Assembly: GCA_032718475.1 (NCBI GenBank)
Contig: JAUCBJ010007661.1
Location: 1 to 49,741 of the forward strand
Direction of reading: 5' to 3'
Length of the DNA stretch: 49,741 nucleotides
Source of the DNA: Nemertoderma westbladi
Taxonomy: Eukaryota; Animalia; Xenacoelomorpha
Shown: in pieces, positions 46,943 to 49,741 of the stretch
Numbering within the stretch: the stretch's first letter is position 1
How the letters are laid out: each line of letters starts with the position of its first letter
The notes under the pieces: model-generated
Databases searched by the model: none
Told to the model about the DNA's origin: nothing
Seen by the model: the letters and a program-made list of their open reading frames with translations, nothing else
Translations under genes and position numbers: made by a program

Positions 46943-49741
46943 CATGTGAAAAATTATTTTTAAATACAGTTGTAGTTGGAATCGTTACACAGCCAGCTTT
47001 CTATCAGAACCAATAAAACACTATAATGTTGAATGAGGAGCGACGAATCGTGTCATTGATTTTCTACTCTATATTCCGGGGCTTCATGCATGGAAGTGTC
47101 CTGCAGATATTAGTCTTTCTAGTCCGGCAGATATTGCATGGAGTTGATAGTAAATGGTTTAACTGATTCGGGTAGGTAATATTGTTGTCATCAATTATCC
47201 TACTGATGCCTAACTGGCATATTGAGGATTTTCTTAAAAGTTACCAAATTCTCAACCAGATCAAGACTTTATATGCATGAGCAATACGATTTTCGGTCCC
47301 ACAGGGGTGTGTTCCAGAACGTTTTTACTCACTAATATTCCAATAGGAGCAACCTCGGTTTCAAATTCAAATGTGTGCTATATCATAACGATAATGAAAT
47401 TTTATACAAGTAAATTAATTTAAAGAAATAAACAAAAAATGAAAATTTTATAAGCTGGGTATAATAATTTTCATGAAAAATAGAAGTAGTCCCAGGAGGA
47501 CCCATAATGACAACATTTGTGATATTCTAAAAACTAATAGTGTGGCATTGTTGGCTAGCGTTAGTAGGTTTTTTAAGAAGTTGAATCGAATGTGATTATA
47601 TTCGATTTACAAAAATTTAACTGGATGCTATTTTTCGTGCACCTAAGAAGTGGGCGTGGCACTTAAAATTTTGAAAAATACGATATTCGGAAAATACACC
47701 AAATGGAGAATTTAACTCATTTTTATAGGTTTACTGATTAAATTTTAAGAAGGCAGTTGTATTGGAGTAGTAGCTAAACAGTGCTAAAACTATGTATAGG
47801 TTAATGACCTCTTCAAGTTTACTAAAGATAATGTTGCGGTCTATGTTGTAAAGCAGATTTAAGTGTTAACGCACGCCTCGAATATCTTAGCCAAGCAGTG
47901 ATTAACAGTGTCAATGGGCCTGTACAATGTAAAGGATAATGTGGTGTATGTATAGAGATGCATGGCTATGAAGGTTAACAATGCCAAACTGTCCTGCATT
48001 GTTCAGAAGTGAAATTTCAATCCTTTCAGTTTTCAGCTTCTATTTCAGCTGCAGTTGAATCAACCACAAAGATTTCGGTCACCTTTCTAGAAATTGAATT
48101 CCCCATCAATAAACCATTTTCTTCACAAATCGTCTACTTTTTCTGATCCAAGTGAGAGAACCATCCCCCAAAAATAATAGGCGAATTTCATAGATTAAAT
48201 ATTTTATGTATTTTCATTGTCCGTTAAGGTGAAGCGTCAATTCATTCTACAATAAACCTCGGTTTGTGATTGGATGGTAATTCTATCTCGTTAGTTCCTA
48301 TTGGTCGATTGTTGGATATCTACCTGCTCTGATGTGCATTGAGTTTTACAAACACTCTCATTCACTAAACACACTTATACATAAATCTATCGTAGTAAAA
48401 CAGCCCCGCGCAATATTAATATTTAATTTATTCATTAACCTATTTTCGTGGGTTGACTGTGTGTCAGTGTATATTGAATTGCCGATAAAATGCCACCCAA
48501 AACCTTATCGAATAACATTTACATAGCGTGCAGTTTAGTATATTTCATAGTTATTAGCTTTTTAGTTATTTTAATTTTATAAATTCTGCACTTATAAATT
48601 CCATTGAATTATTGTGGATAAATCTTTGTTCAAAGAATTGTTCTAAAATTTTAATTTTTGAGAAACAACTAATATTAAATACGAAATATTAAATTCTGTC
48701 AAAATGAATTTAACCTTCAAATAGGGATAATTACAAATGGAGACTTTCTTCCAGATAAAACGGACAGTGATTGTGGAAAAATATGTCTTGGACGCTTATA
48801 TCCGGACAAGTTGAATTTCATATGGTTCAATTTGATTACTCATAATTAAATCAAAATTTGAAAAAATATATCTAATAATATAATTGTATTATTCATTAAT
48901 TTCTTTAAATATTAGAAAAAATAAATGTAAAAATAATCTCGCGGTATTTAAAAATAAGTTGAAAAGTTAAAATGTTAAATATATGGAAATTTAGAAATGC
49001 CAGGTATAGGATTTCTATTTTAGAACACAACAATCAAACAACAGGTCGAACTGGTGGCAGGCCTGCCTCCAGGCTGCTACGCCACTTACACATGTATACA
49101 GTACTTTATTCATAAATACAAAAAAATAAAAAATATAATAAAAATTCCAGAAATTCCAGAAACAGTTACCTTTAGAAAAATTGTGATACACATAATGTAG
49201 GATTCAGTTACAGAGCAGTTGTTGGTGCGAGAAAAAATTGTTGGGATTGAAACAATTGAATGTCGGGGTAACAAGGTGCCTTGAATCGAGTGGCGGGGTG
49301 TGTTTTTTGTAAAAACTCGAGGAAACGGTCTAAATGGCGGGTTTAAGTGAGCGCGGGAAGCCCATTTTCAATCTAAAAGCTCTGAATCCAGTTACGGGGT
49401 GTGTTGTTTGTTGTTTTTTTGTAATAAATTGATAAGTTGTCAAAACGGCGGTTATAATTTTTTTAAATCACTTCCTATTATAATTAATTTTTTTTTATTT
49501 TATTAATTAATCCTTTTATGTAGACCTATATTTATTTATAAGACCTCTACAACTAAATAACGGTTGACGTTATACGAATTAAAGTTTATCCTATTTAATA
49601 CTGACTAAAAATTTTAAAATACAATGCAATTTTACTTAAATATTTGTGCTAAAGTCGTCCAATTCAAATTTTGCTCAATGCTAATAACAACGGAGTACTC
49701 TCAAAAATTAATAATATATTATCCTGTTCTATTGACTCAGG

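Noticed and set aside
46950-49741. Possible minus-strand coding remnants near 47000-47400 and 47980-48190
   Set aside because: Short frames with stops and no motif I can support.

Overview
Repeat-dense, AT-rich eukaryotic (probably invertebrate animal) genomic DNA, made almost entirely of nested transposable elements and satellites. There are no operons, rRNA genes or CRISPR arrays. In order: a decayed BEL/Pao gag fragment; a 78-bp minisatellite; a 23-bp AT satellite split by a 5'-truncated Penelope element (GIY-YIG endonuclease plus a hammerhead-ribozyme motif); several 5'-truncated RTE LINE copies, one with its last 66 nt expanded into a tandem array; a tRNA-derived SINE; an L2/Crack-like LINE; and a CR1-group LINE whose ORF2 starts with a 1.45-kb coding VNTR. 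The CR1-group LINE is interrupted by an 8.4-kb LTR element (25196-33572, 5-bp TSD CTAAA). Downstream are a 40-bp satellite, a MULE transposon, a TIR element with cargo, and an intronless, twice-frameshifted WD40-plus-C-terminal-CARD gene. The most notable object is the LTR element. It is a pol-deleted BEL/Pao derivative that keeps an intact ~820-aa extra ORF with a DEDDy-like 3'-5' exonuclease and a CCHC knuckle. It has no TGG tRNA primer site; the 9 nt next to the 5' LTR are instead complementary to a sequence inside the LTR, which suggests Tf1-like self-priming. All family and domain calls come from motif recognition by eye, not database searches.
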